A DNA stretch of 64,000 nt from Thermoplasmatota archaeon (GCA_028279595.1 JANQNK010000020.1:320001-384000); one strand, 5' to 3'. Positions 1-10,468 are shown, numbered from the stretch's first letter. A program made the numbers and translations. The notes: a model not told the origin generated them from the sequence alone.

Positions 1-424
1 ATGCAATGCCGCCATTGGTCATCGCCAGGGCGACAGGAACATTAACGGACGGTTCTGTTGGATATGATTCTGGTTGAGGGTACGATTGCCCAGGATGTGG
101 TGCAGCCTGCACGGGAACTGACTGCCCAGCAAGTCTGTCCTCCAGTGCGGAGAAGAACCGGTCGACGTTCTTACCGCTCTTCCCCCAGTCCATTGTGTAT
201 GCGCTCGAACTGAATGTGACCCTGGTTCCCCGCTCATCCATACCCATGGTAACGATCAGGCTCTCTCCGTAGGAGGCCATAGACATACCTGCGCTCGCGT
301 TTATGCGACCTCCCTGATAATCGACTGACTTGGTCTTGAACTTGCAGTCCGTCAAGGCCACCTGTGCGGCCGCGAAGACGACGTCGTAATGTTGGGAGTA
401 TAGTCTCCACTCTTCGGCACCCAT
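1..424 (-). CDS. Hypothetical protein, partial (runs off the left edge)
   Basis: Not in the ORF track. Manual translation from ATG 424 gives MGAEEWRLYSQHYDVVFAAAQVALTDCKFK...SYGESLIVTMG...DWGKSGKNVDRFFSALEDRL, then a Pro/Gln linker. No stop codon inside the window. Confidence 0.7.
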   Translation of the reverse strand, partial: MGAEEWRLYSQHYDVVFAAAQVALTDCKFKTKSVDYQGGRINASAGMSMASYGESLIVTMGMDERGTRVTFSSSAYTMDWGKSGKNVDRFFSALEDRLAGQSVPVQAAPHPGQSYPQPESYPTEPSVNVPVALAMTNGGIA

Positions 425-484
425 GTTCTCACGATCCCCATTTCTGCGAAATGTCTATTTGGGTCCGTATGTCACAACGACTAT

Positions 485-3400
485 TTACGGTTTCTTGATG
501 ACCTTCTTCTTAGGGGTTTCCCATACCGCATCCTCGCTCGCCTCGGACTCGGCGAACTCCTGCCTGAGCTTCTCGTACTCGTTGGCGTCCATCATCTTCG
601 CCGAGGGCTCCTTCTTCTTTGCTGGCGCGCTTCCCTTGCCCTTGATCCCGCCCTTCCTGAGCTTGAGGACGATCAGGACGAGAAGCACAAGCACGATAAT
701 GAGGATCAGGCCTGCTATCAGCGGCATGAGCGAGCTCTGGTCCGACCTCTTGTCCTCCTCGGGCTCATCTCCGACGAGCAGCGTCTTCGTGAGGGTATTG
801 TTGTCCTCATCGAGCTCGTTGACCTCGTCCTCCGTGTCCACCCTCATCGTCATCGTGTGTGAACCGATCTCGAGGTCCACGGCGAAGGAGATAGTATCGG
901 ACCCACCTGCAGTCACACCTGTCAGTCGGTAGCTCTTGATGAGGTTCCCGTTGTGCGAGAACGTCACGTTCACCCCGGGCGAGTCGATGAGTCCGACGTT
1001 GTCCACGGTCGCGGCTATCGTGACCGTGCCGGGGAACTCGAGGTAGGTGATCGGGCTGTCAGTGAAGAATATGAAGGAGGGCTCGAGGTCCGGCCGGCTG
1101 TAGACGAAGTCGGCCTCGGCTGCCTCTGAATCGTAGGTCCCGTCCGAGGACGAGACGCTCCATGTGTAATTGCCGAGCGGTATCGCACCTAGCGTATACG
1201 TGGTCGCCGTCAGCGATGTCCTGACGATCTCGCCGGTCGGACCGTTCACGACGATGTCATAGGACACATCGTCGCCGTCCGGCTCGATGGACGCGTTCCA
1301 GACGAGGGTCGGGGGCGATCCCACGATCTCTCCGTCGGCAGGCGACACCAGGACCGGAACCGTCGGCGGGCCGTCGGTGATCGTCAACGACCCGCTGCTG
1401 GCCGAGTCGGAGACGCCTCCCGCGACGTCGGTGAATACGAGGACAGCCCTGTAGGTGCCCTCGCCTGCCGGTCCCAGGACCTCTATGGTCTCCGTGCCGT
1501 TCGTCTCTCCCGTCCCCGTCGCGAAGGTGCTTCCGTCCTTGTAGACGATGTAGCTGTAGCCCGCCACCCCGGATCCGTCGTCCGAGGCGATGAACGAGAT
1601 GAACAGGCCGTCCCGGTCGCCGGTCAGTATAAGCTGATCGACCTCTGGAGGCATGGTATCGACCATGAGGACCCCTGAAACCTCCCACGGACCTGCGAGT
1701 CCGGTCTGGGAGTTGCTGCCCATGGCCCTGAAGAGGTACTTCCTCGCGTGCATAAGGCTCGCGTTGTGCGTGAAGTTGAACGATGACCAGACCTCGCCGT
1801 CGTCCTCGACGCGCAGCGTCGTCCATGTGGCCGTCTCCGGATCGAGGTCCGAGCCGACCACCGCGAAGGCCATCTGCAGCGTGACGTTGGACACATTGCC
1901 AGCGGATATCACCTGCACGTTGGCCCAGTCATGCATCGACCAGTTGGTGGGCGTTCCCAGCCAAATGGACGGAAGTGAATCGTCGAGTATCACTTCCGCG
2001 TACTGTGTCCCGCTCAGACCGGCGCCGTTGGTGACCGTGATGGTCACATTGTACACGGCCGGGACCCATTTCATCTGCTTCATCAATACCTGATAGCCGG
2101 ACCCGTTCCAGGGTACGGTGTAGGAATCGATGGGGTTCCCGGAATCGTAGGTTAGTGTTATGTTGAGCGATACGACGTCCGAGTCGATGTCGGTCGCGTT
2201 GCCGACGTAGAACGATATCTGCGATATGTTCCACGATGGACTGTCGGGTACCGGAGCGTCGATCATTGGCGGAGTTACATCGACCAGGGTCACGTTGCCG
2301 CTCGTCTCGTTGATCCATCCGTGCGAGTCGCCGGAGATCGACGTCCCCTTGACCCTGAACCGGTACGCTCCGGCCGAGACTGGACCATCCAGGAATCCAC
2401 CCGAGACCGAGACGTTCAACCACTCGGTCCAGTTCCCGATCTCACCCCTGTCGATGAACGCGAAGCTCATCTGAACGTAGAGTTCGTCGAGTTCCCCCTC
2501 GACAGTGATGTTGGCGGGGAGGGCCTCGTGGGTCCACCACCCGCCCGGTACGGAGATGTTCACGAACGGCGGCGGCGTTATCGGCTCCCTGTATGTCAGG
2601 TTGAGGGTTGCGTCTATCATCAGGTGTGTTGCGTTCAGAATGCAGTTGTGCTCGCTCCCGTCGTAGTTAATCTCGGCGTTGTAGGTCAGGGCCATCTCGG
2701 CCTGGATCCCCTTGAGCACCTCGACGAGCGCTCCCGGGAGGGTGAAGTCGTTGACGACGATGAACTGACCATTGGTCTCGATGGCGGTCTGCAGGAGCTC
2801 TCCCATGTCCCAGTTCCCGTGGGCGATGACGTGGACCGTGGTCCCCGCGGAGATGTTCCCCAGGAGGTCCTCGTACTGCATGTGCTGCTTCGGATTCTCC
2901 GCATAGTTCGGACCGAACGCGATGATGAGCATGTGCTGCCGTCTACCTTCCAGGTCGTTCTCCACGATCGCGTCGTAGCAGTGCGCCTCGGAACCCTGGG
3001 CCACTGATGTGTTGAACGCATCGGCGATGACCTGCGCCGACGAGTTGAAGTCGCTGATCGGGTAGACATCCGTCGAATACTTGATGACCTCGACCGCCTC
3101 CGACGCGGTCAGGTTCTCGATGAACGGAAGCGTCCATTCGGTTACTGACGACCTCAATCTGGACGGCATGGAGTTGGACCAGTCCATGAGCACCGAGATG
3201 TTCCTGAGCGATGGGGTCCAGATGTCGATCTCACGATACCAGTCCTCCCAGAGCGAGGCTGTGGAGTTGTCGATATCCGTTATGTAGGTGTCGTTCGAGA
3301 GCTGGTACGTGAAGTGTACCTCGGTGAGCAGGTCCTCGAACCTCACGGTCCGCAGGTCGATCTCAGCGGACAGCACGATCGGACCCCTCTTCCGGTCGAC

Positions 3401-6400
3401 CGGGTCCCATCGGATCGCGTGCAGATCGTTGACATCGAAGGCCTGGAACTCGTACCTTATCCTGTGGCTGACGGGGAGCCTCGTGCTGAAGTTGAAGACC
3501 ACGCCGGATGCCCAGTCCGTGCTGCTCCCGACCTTGGTCATGTTGAAACCGCCCTCATCGAACGTACCGTCCTCGTAGGGGAAGGACGACTTGTATTTCC
3601 CATCGTTGTCGACGTCTATCCATACGACCGGGGTCCCATTGAGCGGGGCGTCGCCGTTGGGGTCCGTGTACAGTACCCTGAACTCGAACGACTGCGAAGC
3701 ATTCCCGAGGTCGGGGTAGACCCCGGTATCGATGTAGTTCGTCTCGTTGGTCCACTTCAGGTTCGGCGGCGCTATGTCCGATACGAACTCCTCGACATGG
3801 GACGTGCTCATGTCTACCGTCCTTGAATCCTCCCAGTACATGTAGCTGGCGTTGACCGTGACGTTCGGTGTGGTGGTCGACGAGCCTGTGTAGGTCTTGT
3901 ACGCCACCAGGAACCACCACGTCTCACCGCTGTTGTTGGTCTGCGGGTCGAATCCGCCGTATCCGTTCGTCTTGTACCTGTATTCGGAGTCCTCGAGGCA
4001 GTAGACATCCCCTAGCGGTATGGGTGTGAGGTCGAAGAAGAGGATCCTGACCCTGAGCCAGTTGCTGACGTCTAGGACCGCCACGTCGTTGATCTCGATG
4101 TCCCCCTCGTCGTACGTCACGTTCACGAAGAAGGCGTCCGCGTCCTCGGTCAGGTTCACCGGAACGTTCGAACCGGACGTGTCCGACGCCCTCATGGAGT
4201 TCCTGAACCCTTCGATGCACTTGAGCGCCTCGTCGGTCCTTTCGAAGGTCGCCCTCTTGATCTTGTTACGACTGCTCTCCTCGATGAGGATCCCTGTCTC
4301 AGCTCCGAAGAAATTGCAGTCGACGATCATGTTGAAATCGCTGAGGTTGAGATGCAGAGGGACGTCTATCCCGTAGAAGTCGCAGGCCTCGATCCTGCTG
4401 TCCGGAGCCTCGTACATGTAGATGGCGATGTCGTTCCCCGAGAACGTGCAGTTCTGGACCACGGTCTCGTTGGAATCGACGATCGAGATACCTGTGGCCG
4501 GTCCGCTGAGGTTACAGTCGATGACCCTTGTGAAATAGGACTGTGACCGTATCTCCACGCCGATGTCGCCGCCGAACACGTTCTGGTAGATCCTGTTCTC
4601 CTTCGACGCGGCTATCACGACGCAGGACGGGGCGTCGATGTCGTTTCCCCTGACATTCGTCTCCCTGCCTCCCGTGACCCTGACACCGGACTCGTTGGCC
4701 CGGATCTCGTTGTCCTCCACCGAGATGTTCCGCGAGAACCTCACCCATATCCCGTAGGGTGCCGCGTCCTCGATCATGTTCTCGGTGACCAGGATGTTCT
4801 CCGACTCCAGCATCTGGATCGCGAACTCCGAGTCGGATATCTCGTTGTCGATGATCGTTATGTTGCTCGCTTCGTACAGGTTGAAGCCCTTGTAGGTCCC
4901 GTTGAGGATGCAGCCTTCGACAGTGACATTGTCGGACTGCTGGATGGTGACATCGGCGTAGTAGTTCCAGTACAGGACGTTCCTTCCGAGGGTGAGGTCA
5001 TTGGCTCCCGTTATCAGGATACCTGAACCCGTCAGGTGGTTGTATCCGTTCCCGAACGCCACGTTGTCCGACACATCGAGGTTTCTGGGATCGCCCTTGA
5101 GCCGTATCCCGTACCTGTCGTTGGCCCGGAGACGGTTCCAGTTGACGGCGATGTCGTTACCGCCCCGGACGAATATCCCGTACCTGTTCTCCACGCATGT
5201 GTTGTTCCTGACGACGTTGTTGTCCCCGTCAACGTCGATGCCGGACGAGGTCGAGTTCGTCACCGTGTTGAAGGCGACGTGGTTGTCGCCACCCTCGATG
5301 ACTATCCCGTTCAGATTGTCGTTCAACGTGTTGTTCTCGACCGATGCGTCATCGACGCAGAGGACGCCGATATCGTTCCTGTTGATCCTGTTCCAAACGA
5401 CGGTGAGCTCTCCCACGGCCGGAATGCCGATGTCGTTGTTCAGGACGTCGCATCCCTCGACACGGGCCGAACCGCTCTCGAGCGTCACCCCGTACTTGTT
5501 GTTCTTCAGCGTGGACGATGTTACGTTCGCCGAGCTGTCGATGATGAGGACGCCGGACGTGCCGTTCTCAAGCACACAGGAGTCGACCGATGCCCATTCC
5601 GAATCGACGAACGTTATCTTTCCGGTGTTCGAGACCCGTTTCGCTGTAAGCTCGATCCCGGAGAGGTCCACCGAGTCGTTCCTGAAGAAGTAGTGGATCT
5701 CCTCGCCGTTCGCGATGTTCGTCATGTTGATCCAGTGGTCGTAACGCTCCTCGATGAAAAGCCCGTACTCGTCCGAGTCCATGTCGTTATCGTCTAGCCT
5801 GCACTTGCGTGAATCGATGAGTGATATCCCCCGCAGATTGTTCCTCATCGAATTGTCCCTCACGGTTATGTTGGTGGATTCTATGAGGAAGATGCCGCTG
5901 CCCTCCGCGTTGTTCCTGAGGATATTGTCCGAGACAACGATGTTCCTGCAGTTGTACAACGTCACCTTCCCGACATTGCTGACATCGTTTGCCGTGAGCG
6001 TTAGCGAATCGATGGACACGCTAGCGCCCTTGTCGTTATAGTAATAGACCGGTTCGGTGTTGACAAGACAGGACGTCTCGAGCTGATTGTCGAAGTTCCC
6101 CTCGATGTAATAGCCGTACTTGTCATTCCCGGACATGATCGTACTGGTGACCAGGTTCTCCTCCGTGTCGATGAGTGCGATCCCCGCCTGGTTGTTGCTC
6201 GAAGCCCCGCTCCAGTTTATCCAGTTGCCGCTCCCGCCTTCGATCCTTATGCCCCATTCGTTGTCGATGCAGGTCACGTTGTAGAGGTACGTGTCCGTGG
6301 TGTCGACGAGGCGGATCCCGTTGAACACCTGCCTGGACGTCAGATTGTGCACGTAGATGTCATTGCACTCGATCACCGTAAGGCCGCTATCCCCGACCGA

Positions 6401-7375
6401 TGTCGAGCCGCGATTGATGCTGTTGTTGCCGACGTCGATGTTCTCGCAGTTCCATAGCAGTATGCAGGAGCCGAAGGGCTGGTTGTTGAGCTCGTTGTCG
6501 AATATGCTCACGTAGCTGGAATTGGCGACGGTTATCTTCCCGATCGTGCTTACCTGGGTCTCGATCAGCGTGTATCCCGTGATCTCCTCGTAATCGTTCG
6601 AGGTGCCGTGTAGGTCGTTGAAGTAATGGATGCTCTCGCCGTTTATCACGAGGCTGGTCCTTATGGTGTGGTCGTACCGTCCCGAGACGGCGAGGCCGAA
6701 GGTCTGGTTCGTATCGATCGTGGTGTTCTCGATAATGCATCCCCACGAGTCCTGGAGTGTGATCCCCCCATGGGCGATGTCCTCGTCGGTGTAACTCGAG
6801 GTGGAGTTCGAGATCGTGCATCTCTTCGACTCCGCGATCTGCCCCATCTCCGCCAGGTCGGTGACGGCAAGGCCGTCGATATGGAATCCGTCGCAATCCG
6901 TCAACAGGAACCCCGTCCGCGACGGACCAGTGTCCGGCCCTTGCCTGACGGTGACCCGGTCGATCCGGCCGCTGCAATCGGTCACATCGAACCCGTAGGA
7001 TGACATCTCTATCGTCAGGTCGCTAACGGTGATATTGAGTCTCCTGAGCACGAAGGCTGGATCGTCGGAGCCGTTGATCACGACGCCCGCCCGGGACTCG
7101 CCGACGATGTCGAGGTTCGATCCGTTGAAGACGGTCCGATTGATCCTGACGGTCTCGACGTATGCCCCGTTGTGGATGTATATCGTGTCATTGTTCCCCG
7201 CATTGTCCACGGCCTGTCCGATGGTCGGGTAGGGATTCCCAGCGGTCCCGTTCCCTCCGCCCGAATTGTCGTCGTCGACGTATATGGTCCTCGCACTGCT
7301 GGACATAGGAACCAGAGCGACGCACCCAATCAGGACAACCATCGAGAGGAAAAGGATATACCTCGTTCTAATCAT
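485..7375 (-). CDS. Giant cell-surface protein (2296 aa): parallel beta-helix repeats, VWA-like domain, Ig/FN3-like domains, CARDB, C-terminal TM anchor
   Basis: Signal peptide; TIYVDDDN...PYPTIGQAVD start; many N-x-I-x-x-N/G-I-x-L repeats; MIDAS-like DWSNS; CARDB VDTEDEVNELDEDNN; hydrophobic TM followed by a Lys-rich tail. Confidence 0.9.
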   Translation of the reverse strand: MIRTRYILFLSMVVLIGCVALVPMSSSARTIYVDDDNSGGGNGTAGNPYPTIGQAVDNAGNNDTIYIHNGAYVETVRINRTVFNGSNLDIVGESRAGVVINGSDDPAFVLRRLNITVSDLTIEMSSYGFDVTDCSGRIDRVTVRQGPDTGPSRTGFLLTDCDGFHIDGLAVTDLAEMGQIAESKRCTISNSTSSYTDEDIAHGGITLQDSWGCIIENTTIDTNQTFGLAVSGRYDHTIRTSLVINGESIHYFNDLHGTSNDYEEITGYTLIETQVSTIGKITVANSSYVSIFDNELNNQPFGSCILLWNCENIDVGNNSINRGSTSVGDSGLTVIECNDIYVHNLTSRQVFNGIRLVDTTDTYLYNVTCIDNEWGIRIEGGSGNWINWSGASSNNQAGIALIDTEENLVTSTIMSGNDKYGYYIEGNFDNQLETSCLVNTEPVYYYNDKGASVSIDSLTLTANDVSNVGKVTLYNCRNIVVSDNILRNNAEGSGIFLIESTNITVRDNSMRNNLRGISLIDSRKCRLDDNDMDSDEYGLFIEERYDHWINMTNIANGEEIHYFFRNDSVDLSGIELTAKRVSNTGKITFVDSEWASVDSCVLENGTSGVLIIDSSANVTSSTLKNNKYGVTLESGSARVEGCDVLNNDIGIPAVGELTVVWNRINRNDIGVLCVDDASVENNTLNDNLNGIVIEGGDNHVAFNTVTNSTSSGIDVDGDNNVVRNNTCVENRYGIFVRGGNDIAVNWNRLRANDRYGIRLKGDPRNLDVSDNVAFGNGYNHLTGSGILITGANDLTLGRNVLYWNYYADVTIQQSDNVTVEGCILNGTYKGFNLYEASNITIIDNEISDSEFAIQMLESENILVTENMIEDAAPYGIWVRFSRNISVEDNEIRANESGVRVTGGRETNVRGNDIDAPSCVVIAASKENRIYQNVFGGDIGVEIRSQSYFTRVIDCNLSGPATGISIVDSNETVVQNCTFSGNDIAIYMYEAPDSRIEACDFYGIDVPLHLNLSDFNMIVDCNFFGAETGILIEESSRNKIKRATFERTDEALKCIEGFRNSMRASDTSGSNVPVNLTEDADAFFVNVTYDEGDIEINDVAVLDVSNWLRVRILFFDLTPIPLGDVYCLEDSEYRYKTNGYGGFDPQTNNSGETWWFLVAYKTYTGSSTTTPNVTVNASYMYWEDSRTVDMSTSHVEEFVSDIAPPNLKWTNETNYIDTGVYPDLGNASQSFEFRVLYTDPNGDAPLNGTPVVWIDVDNDGKYKSSFPYEDGTFDEGGFNMTKVGSSTDWASGVVFNFSTRLPVSHRIRYEFQAFDVNDLHAIRWDPVDRKRGPIVLSAEIDLRTVRFEDLLTEVHFTYQLSNDTYITDIDNSTASLWEDWYREIDIWTPSLRNISVLMDWSNSMPSRLRSSVTEWTLPFIENLTASEAVEVIKYSTDVYPISDFNSSAQVIADAFNTSVAQGSEAHCYDAIVENDLEGRRQHMLIIAFGPNYAENPKQHMQYEDLLGNISAGTTVHVIAHGNWDMGELLQTAIETNGQFIVVNDFTLPGALVEVLKGIQAEMALTYNAEINYDGSEHNCILNATHLMIDATLNLTYREPITPPPFVNISVPGGWWTHEALPANITVEGELDELYVQMSFAFIDRGEIGNWTEWLNVSVSGGFLDGPVSAGAYRFRVKGTSISGDSHGWINETSGNVTLVDVTPPMIDAPVPDSPSWNISQISFYVGNATDIDSDVVSLNITLTYDSGNPIDSYTVPWNGSGYQVLMKQMKWVPAVYNVTITVTNGAGLSGTQYAEVILDDSLPSIWLGTPTNWSMHDWANVQVISAGNVSNVTLQMAFAVVGSDLDPETATWTTLRVEDDGEVWSSFNFTHNASLMHARKYLFRAMGSNSQTGLAGPWEVSGVLMVDTMPPEVDQLILTGDRDGLFISFIASDDGSGVAGYSYIVYKDGSTFATGTGETNGTETIEVLGPAGEGTYRAVLVFTDVAGGVSDSASSGSLTITDGPPTVPVLVSPADGEIVGSPPTLVWNASIEPDGDDVSYDIVVNGPTGEIVRTSLTATTYTLGAIPLGNYTWSVSSSDGTYDSEAAEADFVYSRPDLEPSFIFFTDSPITYLEFPGTVTIAATVDNVGLIDSPGVNVTFSHNGNLIKSYRLTGVTAGGSDTISFAVDLEIGSHTMTMRVDTEDEVNELDEDNNTLTKTLLVGDEPEEDKRSDQSSLMPLIAGLILIIVLVLLVLIVLKLRKGGIKGKGSAPAKKKEPSAKMMDANEYEKLRQEFAESEASEDAVWETPKKKVIKKP

Positions 7376-7468
7376 GATTATCCCGGTTGAATCGCTGTTG
7401 AATGCTAATAAGCTTTATGGTGTTAGCTTCCGCATTAAGATGAAGGTACAATGACCGATGTGTCCGGA

Positions 7469-7720
7469 TCAGAATGCTAATACGTCCCAGAGATAACGCG
7501 GAAGCTCGGTCCAAATGAGATAGATCGTGAAGCCGAGCCCGCCGAGGAGCAGGATGCCGAGACCCGTGATCTCAACGGTCTTGATGTACTCCTCCTGCGT
7601 CGGCTGACGGGCCATCTTGAGCACCCTGCCGTACTTGCCCTTGCCCATGCGGCGAGCAGTGTGCTCGATATCGTCCTGGAGCTCGGTGGCCCTCTTGAAG
7701 AGCCTGTCGATCCGGCGCAT
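7469..7720 (-). CDS. secE: Protein translocase subunit SecE (Sec61 gamma)
   Basis: YGRVLKMARQPTQEEY motif followed by the single TM GLGILLLGGLGFTIYLI. Confidence 0.9.
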   Translation of the reverse strand: MRRIDRLFKRATELQDDIEHTARRMGKGKYGRVLKMARQPTQEEYIKTVEITGLGILLLGGLGFTIYLIWTELPRYLWDVLAF

Positions 7721-7893
7721 CGCCCATTGAATCGGCTACTCCTTATTATACGTTTCTAACGAAATGCCTCCCCTGAAGGAACCCTCGGTCCCATGATATC
7801 GGCCCGGTGCGGACCGGTAGGCCAAGTTCCGTCAGTGTAACGGTTTCAGACAATCTTTATATAATCAAGGTCCAATCATCCGCCGTGATAAAC

Positions 7894-9204
7894 ATGAGAT
7901 GGTACCATCTCGCCGTAGTCCTACTCCTGTCGCTAACGCTTTGTATCGGTTTCATTGCCGGCCAGTCATCGGCCGTTTCCTTCGGTGCCGGGGAAGAGAT
8001 CGAACTCGATGTCCGAATGAACAACGGAGATGACAACAACGAAACAACGATGTATCGGGACAGTTCATTTACCTTTACAATCTATATCTTCAATTTCAAC
8101 GACTCATCTCAGGACGCTGTATTCAAAGCCTCTTATAAGATCCTCGGGGAAAAGTCCTCTATATCGGGTCAGTTCAACCGTTCAACGACCGAATCGGTCG
8201 AGCACCAAGGTAATACACGGATCGCAATCTCCATCGTTACTAACACCAATACCCTACTCGACTTCTACGAGTTCTCCATCAAGGTCTGGAACGAGGACGA
8301 CGTGAACATGAGTGCCAGTGTCAGCGGAAGGGTCACTGTTACGGTCCTCGCTGCACCTGACGGCGATCCCGCCATCGAGGCGACGAGCGAGAAGTCAATA
8401 ACGATGAGCGTCGGCGGGGAAGCGACCATCGAGCTCACGATAACGAACGAGGCCGACGATCCCGACGATATCGAGTTCACTCTAGCGATATCCGATTCAT
8501 CGATAGCCGAGACGACGATCCCGCCGCTCCTCGATGTCATCTCTCTCGAGGACAACGAGGTGGAGGAGGTCAGTCTGACGGTATACGGATTGGCTCCCGG
8601 CACGACGACATTCACCTTTACTGTGACATCGGGGAACGACCCGGACAAGGACGCCGAAGAGCAGTTCACAATCACGGTCAACAAGGTCGAGGAGAAGAAG
8701 GAGGAGGACAAGGGCTTCCTCGAACAGGAGATCGCGGGCATCCCGCTCGTGGCCCTCTTCGTCGTGATCATCGTGGTACCGGTGGTCGCGGTCGTCGCCA
8801 TGGGAAAGAAGAAGAAGAAGGGAACCGCAGGACCCACCGTACCGACGCAACCCGGGATGACCCCTGGCATGCCTGCGCAGCCTGGCATGGGAGCCCAGCC
8901 AGGGGCTGCCCAGCCGATGGTGATGCACTGCCCGAACTGCGGCGGCGTCATCGAGATCGCCAACCCGGCGTACCCTCAGCCGGTCCAGTGCACGCACTGC
9001 GGCTCGGCATTCCAGTTCCCGGGGACCGGTCAGGCGCAGGCCCCCCCCCAGGCTCCGCCCCAGCAGCAGTACGGAGCGCCTCCCCAGCAGGCCGGCTATC
9101 AGACGACGCCTTGCCCGGCGTGCGGCACGCAGATCCCCGTCCCGCCCCAGAGGCCGGTGACGATATCGTGCCCCGGATGCGCATCACAGTATCAGCTCAA
9201 CTGA
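7894..9204 (+). CDS. Membrane-anchored protein: two Ig-like ectodomains, TM, Pro/Gln-rich linker and cytoplasmic zinc ribbons
   Basis: ATG 7894 (MRWYHL, signal peptide) lies about 30 nt after a TTTATA box. TM followed by KKKKK. CxxC pairs CPNC/CTHC and CPAC/CPGC. Confidence 0.8.
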   Translation: MRWYHLAVVLLLSLTLCIGFIAGQSSAVSFGAGEEIELDVRMNNGDDNNETTMYRDSSFTFTIYIFNFNDSSQDAVFKASYKILGEKSSISGQFNRSTTESVEHQGNTRIAISIVTNTNTLLDFYEFSIKVWNEDDVNMSASVSGRVTVTVLAAPDGDPAIEATSEKSITMSVGGEATIELTITNEADDPDDIEFTLAISDSSIAETTIPPLLDVISLEDNEVEEVSLTVYGLAPGTTTFTFTVTSGNDPDKDAEEQFTITVNKVEEKKEEDKGFLEQEIAGIPLVALFVVIIVVPVVAVVAMGKKKKKGTAGPTVPTQPGMTPGMPAQPGMGAQPGAAQPMVMHCPNCGGVIEIANPAYPQPVQCTHCGSAFQFPGTGQAQAPPQAPPQQQYGAPPQQAGYQTTPCPACGTQIPVPPQRPVTISCPGCASQYQLN

Positions 9205-9222
9205 TCAGGTTCATCAAATCGG

Positions 9223-9903
9223 ATGGGTGACCGCATGACCATGTGCATAGTCAACATGAAGGCGTACGACGGTTGTTATGGCGCTAAGGGGCTCGAGCTC
9301 GGGCTCGCCCTCGAGAAGGTCGCCGGCGAATTCTCCTCGGAGACGGTCCTGGCAGTGGGCGCTCCCGATATCCGGCTGTTCTCGGAGAACCTTTCCATAC
9401 CGATCTACGCACAGCATGTCAGCCCCTTCAAGCCGGGCGGTCGCACTGGTGCGGTCCTCGCCGAGGCGGCCGCCCTTTCGGGAGCCGCCGGGACCCTTAT
9501 CAACCACTCCGAGAGGCGGCTCACCCTCGCTGACATAGAGGCATCCCTGAGCGCGGCGAAGAGGGTCGGACTTGCGACCGTCATCTGTTCGAACAACGTA
9601 AACACCTCCGGGGCGGCTGCGGTCCTCGGACCTGACCGGATAGCGATGGAACCCCCGGAACTGATCGGAGGGGACATCTCGGTCACGAGCGCAAGCCCCG
9701 AGATCATCGGCTCGACGGTCACGCACGTGTCCACCCTCGCACCCGAGGTCGGCATCCTCTGCGGGGCTGGAGTGAAGAACGGCGCGGACGCTGCCATGGC
9801 GATCGAGCTTGGGACCGAAGGTGTCCTGGTCGCCAGTGGTATAGTCCTGGCATCCGATCCCGGAGCTGCACTCGCTGACATCCTGCAGGGCATGGAGCAG
9901 TAG
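9223..9903 (+). CDS. tpiA: Triosephosphate isomerase, archaeal type
   Basis: VNMKAY, YAQHV, LINHSERR, AMEPPELIG, LCGAGVK, GVLVASG motifs. Confidence 0.96.
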   Translation: MGDRMTMCIVNMKAYDGCYGAKGLELGLALEKVAGEFSSETVLAVGAPDIRLFSENLSIPIYAQHVSPFKPGGRTGAVLAEAAALSGAAGTLINHSERRLTLADIEASLSAAKRVGLATVICSNNVNTSGAAAVLGPDRIAMEPPELIGGDISVTSASPEIIGSTVTHVSTLAPEVGILCGAGVKNGADAAMAIELGTEGVLVASGIVLASDPGAALADILQGMEQ

Positions 9904-9945
9904 GTCGAAGGGATCAGAATTCTATCATATCATTCGGAACGCCGT

Positions 9946-10284
9946 TCACTTGACCTTACGGCGCTCCTCCTCGATCTGTTTCGCGACGGTCGAGAGCCTG
10001 TCGCCGAGGTCGAGCAATATGACCTTCAATTGCGGGAAGATCCTCTTCGCATCCTTGGTGTAGACGGCGCCCTCCTGGGTGGGCTTGATGAGCCCCTCCC
10101 TCTCGAGCATCCTGAGGGAATAGCGGATCCTGTGGTCCGGCAGGCCCGTCTCCTTGGAGAGTCTGATGACGCCGATGGGCGCCTCCCGTATCACCACATC
10201 CAGGATGCGGATGTGGCGCTCGATGAGGTCGATCTCGTTCCTTAGCGTCATCGTGAGGCTGTCCTCTGCTACCTTGGGTGTCAT
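9946..10284 (-). CDS. Small archaeal winged-helix transcriptional regulator
   Basis: RHIRILDVV..PIGVIRLSKETGLPDHRIRYSLRMLEREGLI, a wHTH pattern. Confidence 0.8.
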   Translation of the reverse strand: MTPKVAEDSLTMTLRNEIDLIERHIRILDVVIREAPIGVIRLSKETGLPDHRIRYSLRMLEREGLIKPTQEGAVYTKDAKRIFPQLKVILLDLGDRLSTVAKQIEEERRKVK

Positions 10285-10417
10285 GAGTATCCTCTCATTG
10301 GGCCTGCACTGCCCCCGCGGGGGGTGATGGTCCGTGCGATATATAGACCTTGCGTCTCCGTAGCACGGTCCGAAAATGACTTTTTGAGAATCGAGCGTGA
10401 ATGTAACATAGATTCCA

Positions 10418-10431
10418 CAAACCTTTTAAAT
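10418..10431 (+). promoter_or_regulatory. BRE/TATA promoter upstream of the candidate structured RNA
   Basis: CAAACC-TTTTAAAT, with no credible CDS start 25-35 nt downstream. Confidence 0.5.
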
Positions 10432-10468
10432 AAAAAAGGCCAAATTAACAATAGCGAAATGAACAAAA

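Noticed and set aside
7791-7802. 12-mer CCATGATATCGG also present at 51051-51062, both in divergent intergenic regions
   Set aside because: Two copies of a 12-mer in 64 kb can occur by chance, and there is no further shared context.
10281-10332. Hairpins around the start of the wHTH regulator (ATGAG/CTCAT over the RBS; G/C run stem)
   Set aside because: Short stems, partly upstream of the probable transcription start; too weak to call a riboregulator.
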